Shown piece by piece: positions 55,041 through 64,000 of a DNA stretch of 64,000 bases. Source of the stretch: an uncultured Gammaproteobacteria bacterium (GTDB lineage Bacteria > Pseudomonadota > Gammaproteobacteria > UBA9214); contig CAVYZN010000001.1 in NCBI GenBank assembly GCA_963773065.1, positions 1-64,000 on the forward strand, in the 5' to 3' direction. The notes below the pieces were generated by a model. The model had not been told where the DNA came from. It saw only the letters and a list, made by a program, of their open reading frames with translations, and ran no database searches. The translations under genes were made by a program, and so were the position numbers. Numbering within the stretch: position 1 is the first letter of the stretch; every line of letters begins with the position of its first letter.

Positions 55041-57545
55041 ATGCTGACGCTGCCTATCGAACCCCTGTTGCCGGTCTTGCGGCAAACCCTCGCCGCTTCC
55101 CGCAACGCCGTCCTGCAGGCTCCGCCCGGCGCGGGCAAGACCACGCGCGTGCCGCTGGCACTGCTCGATGCCGACTGGCTCGGCAATAAGAAGATCGTAG
55201 TGCTGGAGCCGCGGCGCCTGGCGGCGCGCGCGGCGGCGCGCTACATGGCGCATACCCTGGGGGAGCGCGTCGGCGGGACGGTGGGTTATCGCGTGCGCCT
55301 GGATGCGAGCATCGGCCCGCGCACCCGCATCGAGGTGGTCACCGAAGGCATCCTCACCCGGCGCCTGCAGGACGACCCGGCACTTGAGGATGTCGGCCTG
55401 GTGGTGTTCGATGAGTTCCACGAGCGCAGCCTCCAGGCGGACCTCGGCCTGGCTCTGTGCCTCGATGCCCAGGGCGTCCTGCGCCCGGACCTGCGCCTGC
55501 TGGTGATGTCCGCCACCCTCGATGGCGCGGCGGTGGCGCGGCTGCTCGGGGAGGCGCCGCTGCTCACCAGCACGGGCCGCGGCCATCCGGTGGACATCCG
55601 TTATCGACCGACGCAGTCGCCGTACGTGCGCGAACGGCGCCGGTTCTGCGATGAGGTGGCGCGTATCGTGTTGGGGGCGCTGCGCGAGGAGAGCGGCAGT
55701 ATCCTGGTGTTCCTGCCCGGCGCGGGCGAGATCCGCCTGGTGGAGGCCGCGCTGCGGGCGGCCGATCCCGGCGCCGGCGTCATGCTCGCCCCCCTGCACA
55801 GCCAGCTCGCCGCGCCGGCCCAGGACACCGCGATCCAGCCCGCCCCCGCGGGGTGGCGAAAGGTGGTGCTCGCCACCGCGATCGCCGAAACCAGCCTGAC
55901 CATCGAAGGCATCCGCGTGGTGATCGATGCCGGCCTGATGCGGCGGCCGCGCTTCGATCCGAACACTGGCCTGACCCGGCTGGTGACCCTGCCGGTGTCG
56001 CAGGCGGCAGCCGCGCAGCGCACCGGACGCGCCGGCCGTCTGGAGCCCGGTGTGTGCTACCGCCTGTGGCCGCAACACCTGCACCTTTTGCCGCAGGGCA
56101 CGCCGGAAATCCTCGAGGCTGACCTCGCTCCCCTGGCGCTGGAGCTGGCCCAGTGGGGCGTGCGCGAGGCCGGGGAACTGTGCTGGCTGGATCAGCCGCC
56201 GGCAGCGCACTTCACGCAGGCGTCTGAGCTGTTGCGGCAACTTGGCGCGCTCGATGCCGGGGGACGCATCACGGCGCACGGCCGCGCCATGCGGCAACTC
56301 GGCGCCCATCCGCGTCTCGCGCACATGATGCTGCGCGGCCGGGAACTGGGCTGCGGGAGGCTCGCCTGTGAACTGGCGGCGCTGCTGGAGGAGCGCGATC
56401 CGCTGCGCGCGGCGCGGGCGGGCGATGCCGATATGGTTCCGCGGCTCGAACGGCTGCGCGGCCTGGGCGATTCCGGTGACGCGGATCGCGGCGCGCTGCG
56501 GCCGCTCCGTGAGCTGGCTGCGCAATGGCATCGCGAGCTGCGCTGCGAGGGCGCACCGGCCGATCACGCGGACCTGGCGCTGACCGGTGCCGTGCTGGCC
56601 TGCGCCTATCCCGATCGCATCGCGCAACGGCGTGCGGGGGCGGAGAACCGCTATGTGCTGAGCAACGGGCGCGGCGCCGTGTTCATCGAGGCCGAACCCC
56701 TGGCCGCGGCGGACTGGATCGTCGCCGCGCATCTCGACGGCGCGCGCGAGGCGCGCATCTTCCTCGCCGCCGCCATCCAGCGCGAGCAGTTGTTGGACTA
56801 TCACGGCGCGCTCATCGGCGAGCGGACGTTCGTCGCCTGGGACGAATGCGAGCAGGGCGTACGGGCGCGCCGGCAGCAGCGGCTGGGCGAGCTGGTGCTG
56901 TCGGACGAATCCTGGGCGGAGGCCGACGGACAGGCGGTGCAGGCCGCGCTGCTCGCGGGCATATACCGCAACGGCGCGGGCTGTCTGCCCTGGAGCGATG
57001 CCGCGCGCGAGCTGCAGGCGCGGATCGGTTTCCTGCACCGGCTGGCGCCGCGTGACTGGCCCGATGTCCGGGATGAGACGCTCTTCTCCACCCTGGAGGA
57101 CTGGCTGTCGCCGCATCTGCAGGGCATGACGCGGCTGGCGCAGCTCAAACGGCTGGACCTGCGCGCGCTGCTGCTGGAACGCCTCTCATGGGCGGAGCAG
57201 CGCCGGCTCGATGAGCTGGCGCCCGCCACCCTCACGGTGCCGAGCGGCTCGCGGGTGCGCCTCGATTACCGCCAGGATACACCGGTGCTGGCCGTGCGGC
57301 TGCAGGAGATGTTCGGCCTCACCGCGACCCCGCGCGTCGCCGGCGGCCGGGTTCCCGTGCTGCTGCATCTGCTCTCACCGGCGCGCCGGCCGATGCAGAT
57401 CACCCAGGACCTCGCCGCCTTCTGGCAGGGCGCCTATCATGACGTGAAGAAGGAACTCAAGGGCCGCTACCCCAAACATCACTGGCCCGACGATCCGCTT
57501 AAGGCGCAACCGACCGCGGGCGCGAAGCGCCGGCGCAAAGATTAA
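55041..57545 (+). CDS. hrpB: ATP-dependent RNA helicase HrpB
   Basis: APPGAGKTT, DEFHERS, MSATL, IAETSLTI, QRTGRAGR and GRYPKH.WP motifs. Confidence 0.95.
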   Translation: MLTLPIEPLLPVLRQTLAASRNAVLQAPPGAGKTTRVPLALLDADWLGNKKIVVLEPRRLAARAAARYMAHTLGERVGGTVGYRVRLDASIGPRTRIEVVTEGILTRRLQDDPALEDVGLVVFDEFHERSLQADLGLALCLDAQGVLRPDLRLLVMSATLDGAAVARLLGEAPLLTSTGRGHPVDIRYRPTQSPYVRERRRFCDEVARIVLGALREESGSILVFLPGAGEIRLVEAALRAADPGAGVMLAPLHSQLAAPAQDTAIQPAPAGWRKVVLATAIAETSLTIEGIRVVIDAGLMRRPRFDPNTGLTRLVTLPVSQAAAAQRTGRAGRLEPGVCYRLWPQHLHLLPQGTPEILEADLAPLALELAQWGVREAGELCWLDQPPAAHFTQASELLRQLGALDAGGRITAHGRAMRQLGAHPRLAHMMLRGRELGCGRLACELAALLEERDPLRAARAGDADMVPRLERLRGLGDSGDADRGALRPLRELAAQWHRELRCEGAPADHADLALTGAVLACAYPDRIAQRRAGAENRYVLSNGRGAVFIEAEPLAAADWIVAAHLDGAREARIFLAAAIQREQLLDYHGALIGERTFVAWDECEQGVRARRQQRLGELVLSDESWAEADGQAVQAALLAGIYRNGAGCLPWSDAARELQARIGFLHRLAPRDWPDVRDETLFSTLEDWLSPHLQGMTRLAQLKRLDLRALLLERLSWAEQRRLDELAPATLTVPSGSRVRLDYRQDTPVLAVRLQEMFGLTATPRVAGGRVPVLLHLLSPARRPMQITQDLAAFWQGAYHDVKKELKGRYPKHHWPDDPLKAQPTAGAKRRRKD

Positions 57546-57570
57546 CCCGGATTAGCCCGCACAACCCCGC

Positions 57571-60500
57571 TCATGAGGGTTCGAAGTGGAGAGCAGATTT
57601 TCCTAGAGTCGCGAACAGGAGGTTTTCTTGGTTTTCCAGGCTGCCGCGGAGCATGGCCGCAAATGACTCGGCGGTAATAGGCCGGCTGTTGAGGAACCCC
57701 TGATAGGTGTCGCAGCCATGATATTGCAGGAAGGCAAGCTGTTTCAGTGTTTCCACGCCCTCAGCGAGGGCTTGCATGCGCAGGTTGCGCGCCATGGCAA
57801 TAATGGTGGCCGCGATCTCCATGGCGCCTGTGTCGTGGGGAATGTCGCGCATGAAGCTCTGGTCGATCTTCAGAGTGTCAATCGGGAATTGCCGGAGATA
57901 GGCCAGGGAGGAGTAGCCGGTACCGAAGTCGTCGATAGCCAGCTTCACTCCCAGATCCTTCAACATCCGCAGGATGGTAACAGCGCTATCCCCGCGATCC
58001 ATGATGGCGCCCTCGGTAATTTCCAGTTCCAGAAGCTGGGGAGGCAGGCCGGTGGCGTCGAGAACCGCACGCACTTGTTTGACCAGGTCCCGATGCTGGA
58101 ACTGGCGCGGCGAGAGGTTTACCGCCAGAGTGATGGGCGGCAGGTCGCTCTCCAGCCACGCCTGAAGTTGTTCGCAGGCGGCGTTCAGCACCCAGTCCCC
58201 CAGGGGCAGTATCAGACCGGTCTCTTCCGCCAGGGGGATGAAACGCAGCGGTGAAATGATTCCGGACTGGGGGTGCTGCCAGCGCACCAGAGCCTCGACC
58301 CCGACAATGGCTCCGCTCGACGCGTTCACCTGGGGCTGGAAGTTCAGAAAGAATTCCTGATTCTCGATGGCGCGGCGCAGCTCCGTTTCCAGGGTCAAGC
58401 GCGCGTGCGCCGTGCGGGTAAACTCGGCGTTGTAGAAGCGGAATGTGTTGCGGCCTTCATCTTTGGATCGATACATGGCGGCATCGGCATTCTTCAGCAG
58501 GGTCGTGCCATCCCGCCCGTCCTTTGGATAGGTGCTGATGCCGATGCTGGCGCCGATAAACACGGCTTGTCCGTTCAGATCGTAGCGTTTACTCAAGGTA
58601 TTCAGGATCTTCTCCGCCATTGCAGAGGCATCGCCGGTATCCCCAACCCCCTCCAGGACGATGACGAATTCGTCGCCTCCCAGACGGGCCACGGTGTCCT
58701 CGCTCCGCACGCAGGCGGTAAGCAGAGCCGCCACGAGCTCGAGCAGTTGATCGCCGACCGGATGGCCCAGGCTGTCGTTGACCGTCTTGAAGCGGTCCAG
58801 GTCGATGAACAGGACCGTCAGTGATGTGCCTTCGCGTTGGGCGCGCTGAATGGCGTATTCCAACCGGGCATTGAGGAGCAGCCGGTTGGGCAGTTCGGTT
58901 AAGGGGTCATGGTGTGCCAGGTAGTCCAGCTCCGCTTCCGATCGCTTCATCTGGCTGATGTCGGTGAACACCCCTACGTAGTTGACAGTATTCCCCATCT
59001 CATCCTTGACGGTGTTGATGGTCAGCCATTCGGAATAGGTTTCGCCGGTCTTGCGCCGGTTCCAGATCTCGCCGCGCCAGCTTCCCGTCTGCAGGATGGA
59101 AGCCCACATTGCCTGATAGAAGCTCTTGTCATGGCGCCCGGACTGGAGTATGCGCGGGTCCTTACCCAAGATCTCCGCCTCGGAGTAGCCGGTGATGTCG
59201 GTGAAAGCCGGGTTAACGGCGAGGATGGCGCCCTCGGGGTTGGTGATGACGATACCCTCCATGGTGCTCTCGAATACCTTGGCGGCCTGGCGAAGCTTCT
59301 CCTCCGCGAGCACCCGTTCGGTGATGTCCTGGAATACCCCCAACACGCCGATGACCTGACCCTGGGTGTTCCGCAGGGGTACCTTGTTGGTTTCCAGCCA
59401 TAGGGTGATGCCGCAGCTTATAGAGAGGGGCTCGATGATGTTGTACATGGGCATCTCGGACGAGATCACCTGGGCGTCATCGCGCTGATACAGGTCGGCG
59501 AACTCGTGCCATATGAGCTCGCGGTCGTCCTTGCCGATGATTTCCTCGGGACGTTGCAGGCCGGCCAGGCGGGCGAAGGCCTCGTTACACCCGAAGAACC
59601 TGGAATCGCAGTCCTTCCAAAATACGAAATTGGGCACGGTATCGATAATGTGCTGGAGCATCTGTCGGGAGGCTTGGAGTTTTTCCTCCGCCTGCCGGCG
59701 TTCGCTGATGTCCTGAAAGGTCACCACCGAGCCGACGGTCTCTCCGTTTCGCCGCAGTGGATGGGACCAGTATTCCACCGGGAAGGGGGTGCCGTCGCGG
59801 CGCCAGAACACCTCGTCGTCCACGTGGCAGTCGCGGTTTCCCACAATGGACCGATAGGCGTGGCCCTCCTCTGAGGGATAGGGACTGCCGTCGGCATGGC
59901 TGTGGTGGATCAGGTCGTGGATGTGGCGGCCCAACAGGTCCTCCGCCACTTCGTAGCCCAGCATCTTGAGGAAGGACTGGTTAACGAAGGTGCAGGAACC
60001 GTGCGTATCCACGCCATACATCCCCTCGGCCATGGAGTCCAGCAGCATCTGACTGTGCTCCTGGTGTGCCTGGAGCGCCTGCAGGGACTGTTTGCGTTCT
60101 GTGCTGTCCCTGGCCATGGACAGCACCATGGGACACCCCTGGAGTTCGATAAGCCTGGCGCTGATCTCCACCGGGATAGTTCGACCGTCCTTGGCCACGT
60201 GCTCCATCTCGAACACGACCTGTCCTGCCGCCATCAGGGACCGCACGGCGGCAGGGCGCTGTTCGTCCATGCCGCTGGCGTCGATGTCCCGGGGCGACAT
60301 GGTCAGCAGCTCCGCTTCGGTGTAACCCAGGCATCGGCAGGCCGCCTCGTTCACCTTCACGAAACGGTCGGGCTCGCCCGAGGGCAGGAGGCCGTGCAGG
60401 AAGATGGCGTCGCTGTTGCCATGGAACAGCGCCTTGTAGTGTGACTCGCTATCGCGTAGCGCTGCCTCGGCCCTCTTGTGCTCGGTGATGTTGTCGAAGA

Positions 60501-61611
60501 CGGCGACGAAATGTTCTTGCGCGGGACTGTAGACGGAGATGGAAAACCAGATGCCCAGGTTCTCCACGTAAGTTTCGAACCGTTCCGGCCTCCCGATCAG
60601 GGTTACCCGGCCGTAGAGCTCGAAGAGTTCCGGGCTTCCCTCCCGGATCCCGGGGATGACTTCGCTGACCCTTTTTCCGACCACGTCCTTGAGACCCGTC
60701 AAGACCTCGAAGGCGGGGTTGACGTCGAGATAGACAAAGTCCCGGGGCGCCCCGTCCTCGAACAACATCCGGCAATAGGCATAGCCGTGGAGCATGTTCT
60801 CGAACAGCGAGCGGTAGCGTTCCTGGCTATCCCGCAGGTCATCATGGGCCAAGTGCAGATCGGTGACGTCCCGGGCGCGCACAATGGCTCCTCCCACCGT
60901 ACCGTCGTCTTCGATATACGGTATATAGACCACGTCACGGTAGCGCCTGCCTGTCCCTGGGATGTCAAAACAGTTTTCGTAGTTGACCACCTCGCCGGCG
61001 AAGCAGCGGTCCAGCCTGGACTTGATAGTGGATTCAAACAGCTCGCTCCCGAACAGCTCCGCGATGCTGTGGCCCTCGCATTGCTCCCGCGTGCGGCCGT
61101 GAAACTGCGAGTAGGCCTCGTTCACCAGCCGGTAGACATAATCCCGGCCCACGATCGCGATGTTATCCGGTACATTGGACACGATGCGCTCATAAGTCCG
61201 CAGCATATCTGTCTTGCGGCGACGTTCGGTCACGTCCAGTCCCGAGCTGAGGATACCGGTGATCCGGTTATGGGTGTCGCGCAACAGGGCGTTGTGCCAT
61301 TCGATGCATCGAATTTCACCCGATGCGCTCAGCACGGAGTTGTCGTGATGGCGCACGAGTTCTTCTTCCCCGTTCACCAACCGGTGGAAGACGCGCCGGG
61401 TTTCCTGCCGGATGTCCTCGGGAAGAAAGTGGTCGAACCAGTCCTTGCCCAGGATGTCTTCGACCCGGTGGCCTAAAATCTCGCAACCCTTCGGGTTGAT
61501 GCGCTCCACACGTCCGTGCGCGTCAAGCACCAGCATGATGACCTCGGCCAGGTCGAACAGTTGCTCGGCATAGTCGTGGGATGCGAGCGGCACAGGGGAA
61601 TCATCCAACAT
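57571..61611 (-). CDS. Cytoplasmic multi-PAS (about 7) GGDEF-EAL protein
   Basis: Repeated PAS/PAC ending DITE/DVTE; RSED I-site plus GGDEF; EAL and DDFGTGYSS. Confidence 0.93.
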   Translation of the reverse strand: MLDDSPVPLASHDYAEQLFDLAEVIMLVLDAHGRVERINPKGCEILGHRVEDILGKDWFDHFLPEDIRQETRRVFHRLVNGEEELVRHHDNSVLSASGEIRCIEWHNALLRDTHNRITGILSSGLDVTERRRKTDMLRTYERIVSNVPDNIAIVGRDYVYRLVNEAYSQFHGRTREQCEGHSIAELFGSELFESTIKSRLDRCFAGEVVNYENCFDIPGTGRRYRDVVYIPYIEDDGTVGGAIVRARDVTDLHLAHDDLRDSQERYRSLFENMLHGYAYCRMLFEDGAPRDFVYLDVNPAFEVLTGLKDVVGKRVSEVIPGIREGSPELFELYGRVTLIGRPERFETYVENLGIWFSISVYSPAQEHFVAVFDNITEHKRAEAALRDSESHYKALFHGNSDAIFLHGLLPSGEPDRFVKVNEAACRCLGYTEAELLTMSPRDIDASGMDEQRPAAVRSLMAAGQVVFEMEHVAKDGRTIPVEISARLIELQGCPMVLSMARDSTERKQSLQALQAHQEHSQMLLDSMAEGMYGVDTHGSCTFVNQSFLKMLGYEVAEDLLGRHIHDLIHHSHADGSPYPSEEGHAYRSIVGNRDCHVDDEVFWRRDGTPFPVEYWSHPLRRNGETVGSVVTFQDISERRQAEEKLQASRQMLQHIIDTVPNFVFWKDCDSRFFGCNEAFARLAGLQRPEEIIGKDDRELIWHEFADLYQRDDAQVISSEMPMYNIIEPLSISCGITLWLETNKVPLRNTQGQVIGVLGVFQDITERVLAEEKLRQAAKVFESTMEGIVITNPEGAILAVNPAFTDITGYSEAEILGKDPRILQSGRHDKSFYQAMWASILQTGSWRGEIWNRRKTGETYSEWLTINTVKDEMGNTVNYVGVFTDISQMKRSEAELDYLAHHDPLTELPNRLLLNARLEYAIQRAQREGTSLTVLFIDLDRFKTVNDSLGHPVGDQLLELVAALLTACVRSEDTVARLGGDEFVIVLEGVGDTGDASAMAEKILNTLSKRYDLNGQAVFIGASIGISTYPKDGRDGTTLLKNADAAMYRSKDEGRNTFRFYNAEFTRTAHARLTLETELRRAIENQEFFLNFQPQVNASSGAIVGVEALVRWQHPQSGIISPLRFIPLAEETGLILPLGDWVLNAACEQLQAWLESDLPPITLAVNLSPRQFQHRDLVKQVRAVLDATGLPPQLLELEITEGAIMDRGDSAVTILRMLKDLGVKLAIDDFGTGYSSLAYLRQFPIDTLKIDQSFMRDIPHDTGAMEIAATIIAMARNLRMQALAEGVETLKQLAFLQYHGCDTYQGFLNSRPITAESFAAMLRGSLENQENLLFATLGKSALHFEPS

Positions 61612-61799
61612 GGCGAAGCTTCAGGGGTTGACCAGATGTACTCTGAATCGACCCGGTGCACGACTTCTTTAATGCAAACACGGCCATAGACGATGTGTGT
61701 TCCCGGGAGAAGCCATTCGATCTCGCGGTTTGGTTTCCCAATGCCTGCTCTTTTCAGTCCTCGGCAAACGTTCCGCCGCCCGAAAATCTGTGTAAATAC

Positions 61800-61868
61800 T
61801 GGCGGGGATAATGGGAATCGAACCCACGTCATTAACTGTTCATAGACCACATCGTCCGGATTACCCCA
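61800..61868 (-). other. tRNA-like element or degenerate tRNA remnant (69 nt)
   Basis: TGGGGTA...GTGGG TTCGATT CCCAT TATCCCC G CCA: T-arm, 6-bp acceptor pairing and CCA end; D and anticodon arms do not fold canonically. Confidence 0.5.
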
Positions 61869-61989
61869 TACCGGTGCAAACATCGGCTACGCCATCTTCG
61901 TCGCCGCAGGGGCCAACTGCTGGTCCCGGTCGCGGCTCTCTCGGTTTTCAGGTTACACTTCGCCTATTTTCAACCACAGAGTCCGCATC

Positions 61990-62868
61990 ATGAAGTTCAC
62001 CGTCGGGGAATTCCGCGCCTGGAAGAACAAGAGCATCACCCTGCTCGGCATGTCGGGAGTCGGCAAGACCTATCTGTCCATGCTGCTGCGCCGCCATCAC
62101 TGGTTTCACTACTCAGGCGACTACCGCATCGGCAAACGCTACCTGGACGAACCGATCCTCGACTTGATCAAGCAGCAGGCGATGCAGGTCCCGTTTCTGC
62201 GCGAGCTGCTGCGCCGCGACTGGATCTCCATCCGCAACAACATCAAGGTCAACGATCTGGGGCCGGTGCTGAGCTTCGTCGGCAAGCTTGGCGATCCCGA
62301 GCGCGGCGGGGTGCCGCTGGCGGAGTTTACCCGGCGCCAGGCGATGTACCGCCAGGCGGAGATCGACGCCATGCGCGATGTGCCCGCGTTCATCCGCAAG
62401 GCGCACGAGATCTACGGTTATCGGAACTTCGTGAACGACGTGGGCGGCAGCCTGTGCGAGCTGGAGGAGCCGGCGGTCATCGATCTACTGGTGGCGCACT
62501 CGCTGATCCTCTATATCCGCGTGACGGAACAGGACGAGGAGGAGGCCCTGATCCGCCGCGCCCAGAGCGATCCCAAGCCGCTCTATTACCGGCCGGCCTT
62601 CCTCGATGAGCAGTTGAAAATCTATCTCGAGCTGCACGGTTTGGAATATGCCGCGCAGATGGACCCCGACGACTTCACCAGTTGGGTGTTCCCGCGTCTG
62701 TTCCATGCCCGCCTGCCGCGCTACGAGGCCATCGCCCGCCCCCACGGCTACACGGTCACCTCCCGCGAGGTCGGCGGCGTGCGCGATGAAAAGGATTTCC
62801 TGACCCTGCTGGAATCGGCCATTACGCGAGGCGATCAAGGGGTCAGAGTCGCGACTCTGACCCCTTGA
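61990..62868 (+). CDS. Uncharacterised P-loop ATPase/kinase-like protein
   Basis: GMSGVGKT, HYSGDYRIG, NDVGGSLCEL and PKPLYY motifs. Confidence 0.8.
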   Translation: MKFTVGEFRAWKNKSITLLGMSGVGKTYLSMLLRRHHWFHYSGDYRIGKRYLDEPILDLIKQQAMQVPFLRELLRRDWISIRNNIKVNDLGPVLSFVGKLGDPERGGVPLAEFTRRQAMYRQAEIDAMRDVPAFIRKAHEIYGYRNFVNDVGGSLCELEEPAVIDLLVAHSLILYIRVTEQDEEEALIRRAQSDPKPLYYRPAFLDEQLKIYLELHGLEYAAQMDPDDFTSWVFPRLFHARLPRYEAIARPHGYTVTSREVGGVRDEKDFLTLLESAITRGDQGVRVATLTP

Positions 62869-62873
62869 TCGCC
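62830..62873. repeat. Perfect 44-bp palindrome (REP-like)
   Basis: ggcgatcaaggggtcagagtcg|cgactctgaccccttgatcgcc. Confidence 0.9.
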
Positions 62874-62897
62874 ACAAGGAATACGGAGGAAATCGCC

Positions 62898-63983
62898 ATG
62901 CCCATCGTCGCCCACAACGATCTGCCGACCTTCGAGCGGCTGCGCCAGGAGGGGCAGACCATCCTGGACCCGGACCGCGCCATGCAACAGTACATCCGGG
63001 AGCTGCATATCGGCCTGCTGAACATGATGCCGGACGCGGCCATCGCCGCCACCGAGCGGCAGTTCTTCCGCCTCGTCGGGGAGAGCAATCCCATCGCCCA
63101 GTTCTACGTGCACCCGTTCACACTGAAGGAACTGCCGCGAGGAACCCAGGCCCGCGCCCACATCGACCGCTACTACGAACCCTTCGGGAAGCTGCGCGAG
63201 GAAGGGCTGGATGCGCTGATCATCACCGGCGCCAACGTGGCCCACCCCGATCTGGCGGATGAGCCGTTCTGGACGCCGTTGATCGAGGTGATCGACTGGG
63301 CACTGGAGAACGTGACCTCGGTGCTGTGTTCCTGCCTCGCCACACATGCCGTCCTGCAGTTTCATCACGGCCAGAAGCGCAAACCCCTACTGGCCAAGCG
63401 CTGGGGGGTGTATCCCCACCGCGTGATGAAACCGAAGCATCCTCTGGTGAATGATGTCAACACGCTGTTTGACGTGCCCCATTCCCGCTTCAACGACATC
63501 AGCCGCGCCCAGTTCGAGGCGGCCGGCCTGCACGTGCTGGTCGAGAGCGAGACGGCCGGCGTGCACCTCGCCGTGAGCGGGGACGGCTTGCGCGTGGTCT
63601 ATTTCCAGGGACACCCCGAGTATGACACCGTGTCGCTGCTCAAGGAGTACAAGCGCGAGGTGCTGCGTTACGCCGCGGGTGAGCGCGGGGATTATCCCCC
63701 GTTTCCGGACCACTACATCAAGCTGAGCGAACAGGCCATCCTCAACGAGTACCGGCGGCGCCTGGAACTCGCCATGGAGGCGGGCCGGGAACCCCCGGAA
63801 TTTCCCGAGGCGCTGGTCACCCGGCGGATCGACAACACCTGGCACGACACCGCCGAGGGCATCGTCGGCAACTGGATCGGGCTGGTCTACCAGGTGACCC
63901 ACCGTGACCGGAAACTGCCGTTCATGGAGGGGGTGGATCCGCGCAACCCGTTAGGCATTGATTTCCAGGGAAGCACTGCATAG
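62898..63983 (+). CDS. metA: Homoserine O-succinyl/acetyltransferase (MetA family)
   Basis: IGLLNMMPD, IITGAN, CSCLA nucleophile region, PHSR and GHPEYD...L.KEY.R. Confidence 0.92.
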   Translation: MPIVAHNDLPTFERLRQEGQTILDPDRAMQQYIRELHIGLLNMMPDAAIAATERQFFRLVGESNPIAQFYVHPFTLKELPRGTQARAHIDRYYEPFGKLREEGLDALIITGANVAHPDLADEPFWTPLIEVIDWALENVTSVLCSCLATHAVLQFHHGQKRKPLLAKRWGVYPHRVMKPKHPLVNDVNTLFDVPHSRFNDISRAQFEAAGLHVLVESETAGVHLAVSGDGLRVVYFQGHPEYDTVSLLKEYKREVLRYAAGERGDYPPFPDHYIKLSEQAILNEYRRRLELAMEAGREPPEFPEALVTRRIDNTWHDTAEGIVGNWIGLVYQVTHRDRKLPFMEGVDPRNPLGIDFQGSTA

Positions 63984-64000
63984 TAGCGCCGCCACACTCG

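Noticed and set aside
54945-57116. Long antisense ORFs (also 30353-32056, 37277-38719, 34095-35582, 22410-23843)
   Set aside because: Shadow frames of well-supported genes, expected in high-GC DNA; no protein motifs

Overview
GC-rich chromosomal window, probably from a sulfur-oxidising, facultatively anaerobic Gammaproteobacterium. That assignment is an inference from a sulfur-globule-protein-like gene, PFOR, and gammaproteobacterial-type metA, hrpB and ppnN. It holds about 50 genes: an ABC-2 exporter, a DUF349 protein, several peptidoglycan enzymes, a RES-Xre toxin-antitoxin pair, an orphan groEL, sthA, a GltD-like/nifJ/DHOD-like cluster, mprF-acvB, ppnN, glgC, hrpB, a 7xPAS-GGDEF-EAL protein and metA. 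Several single-base frameshifts look like assembly errors. The most notable locus is at 46.1-49.5 kb. There a MamK-family actin, with no other magnetosome gene in the window, overlaps the 3' end of a membrane-anchored N-acetylmuramoyl-L-alanine amidase gene. A tail-anchored coiled-coil protein with 32-aa repeats is transcribed divergently from them. This is a candidate actin-guided cell-wall remodelling module. Other oddities are an in-frame TAG in the ABC ATPase, a 69-nt tRNA-like element, a perfect 44-bp palindrome, and scars of GxxExxY, NfeD, DUF2569 and dinB genes. All family calls come from motif recognition by eye; no database searches were run.
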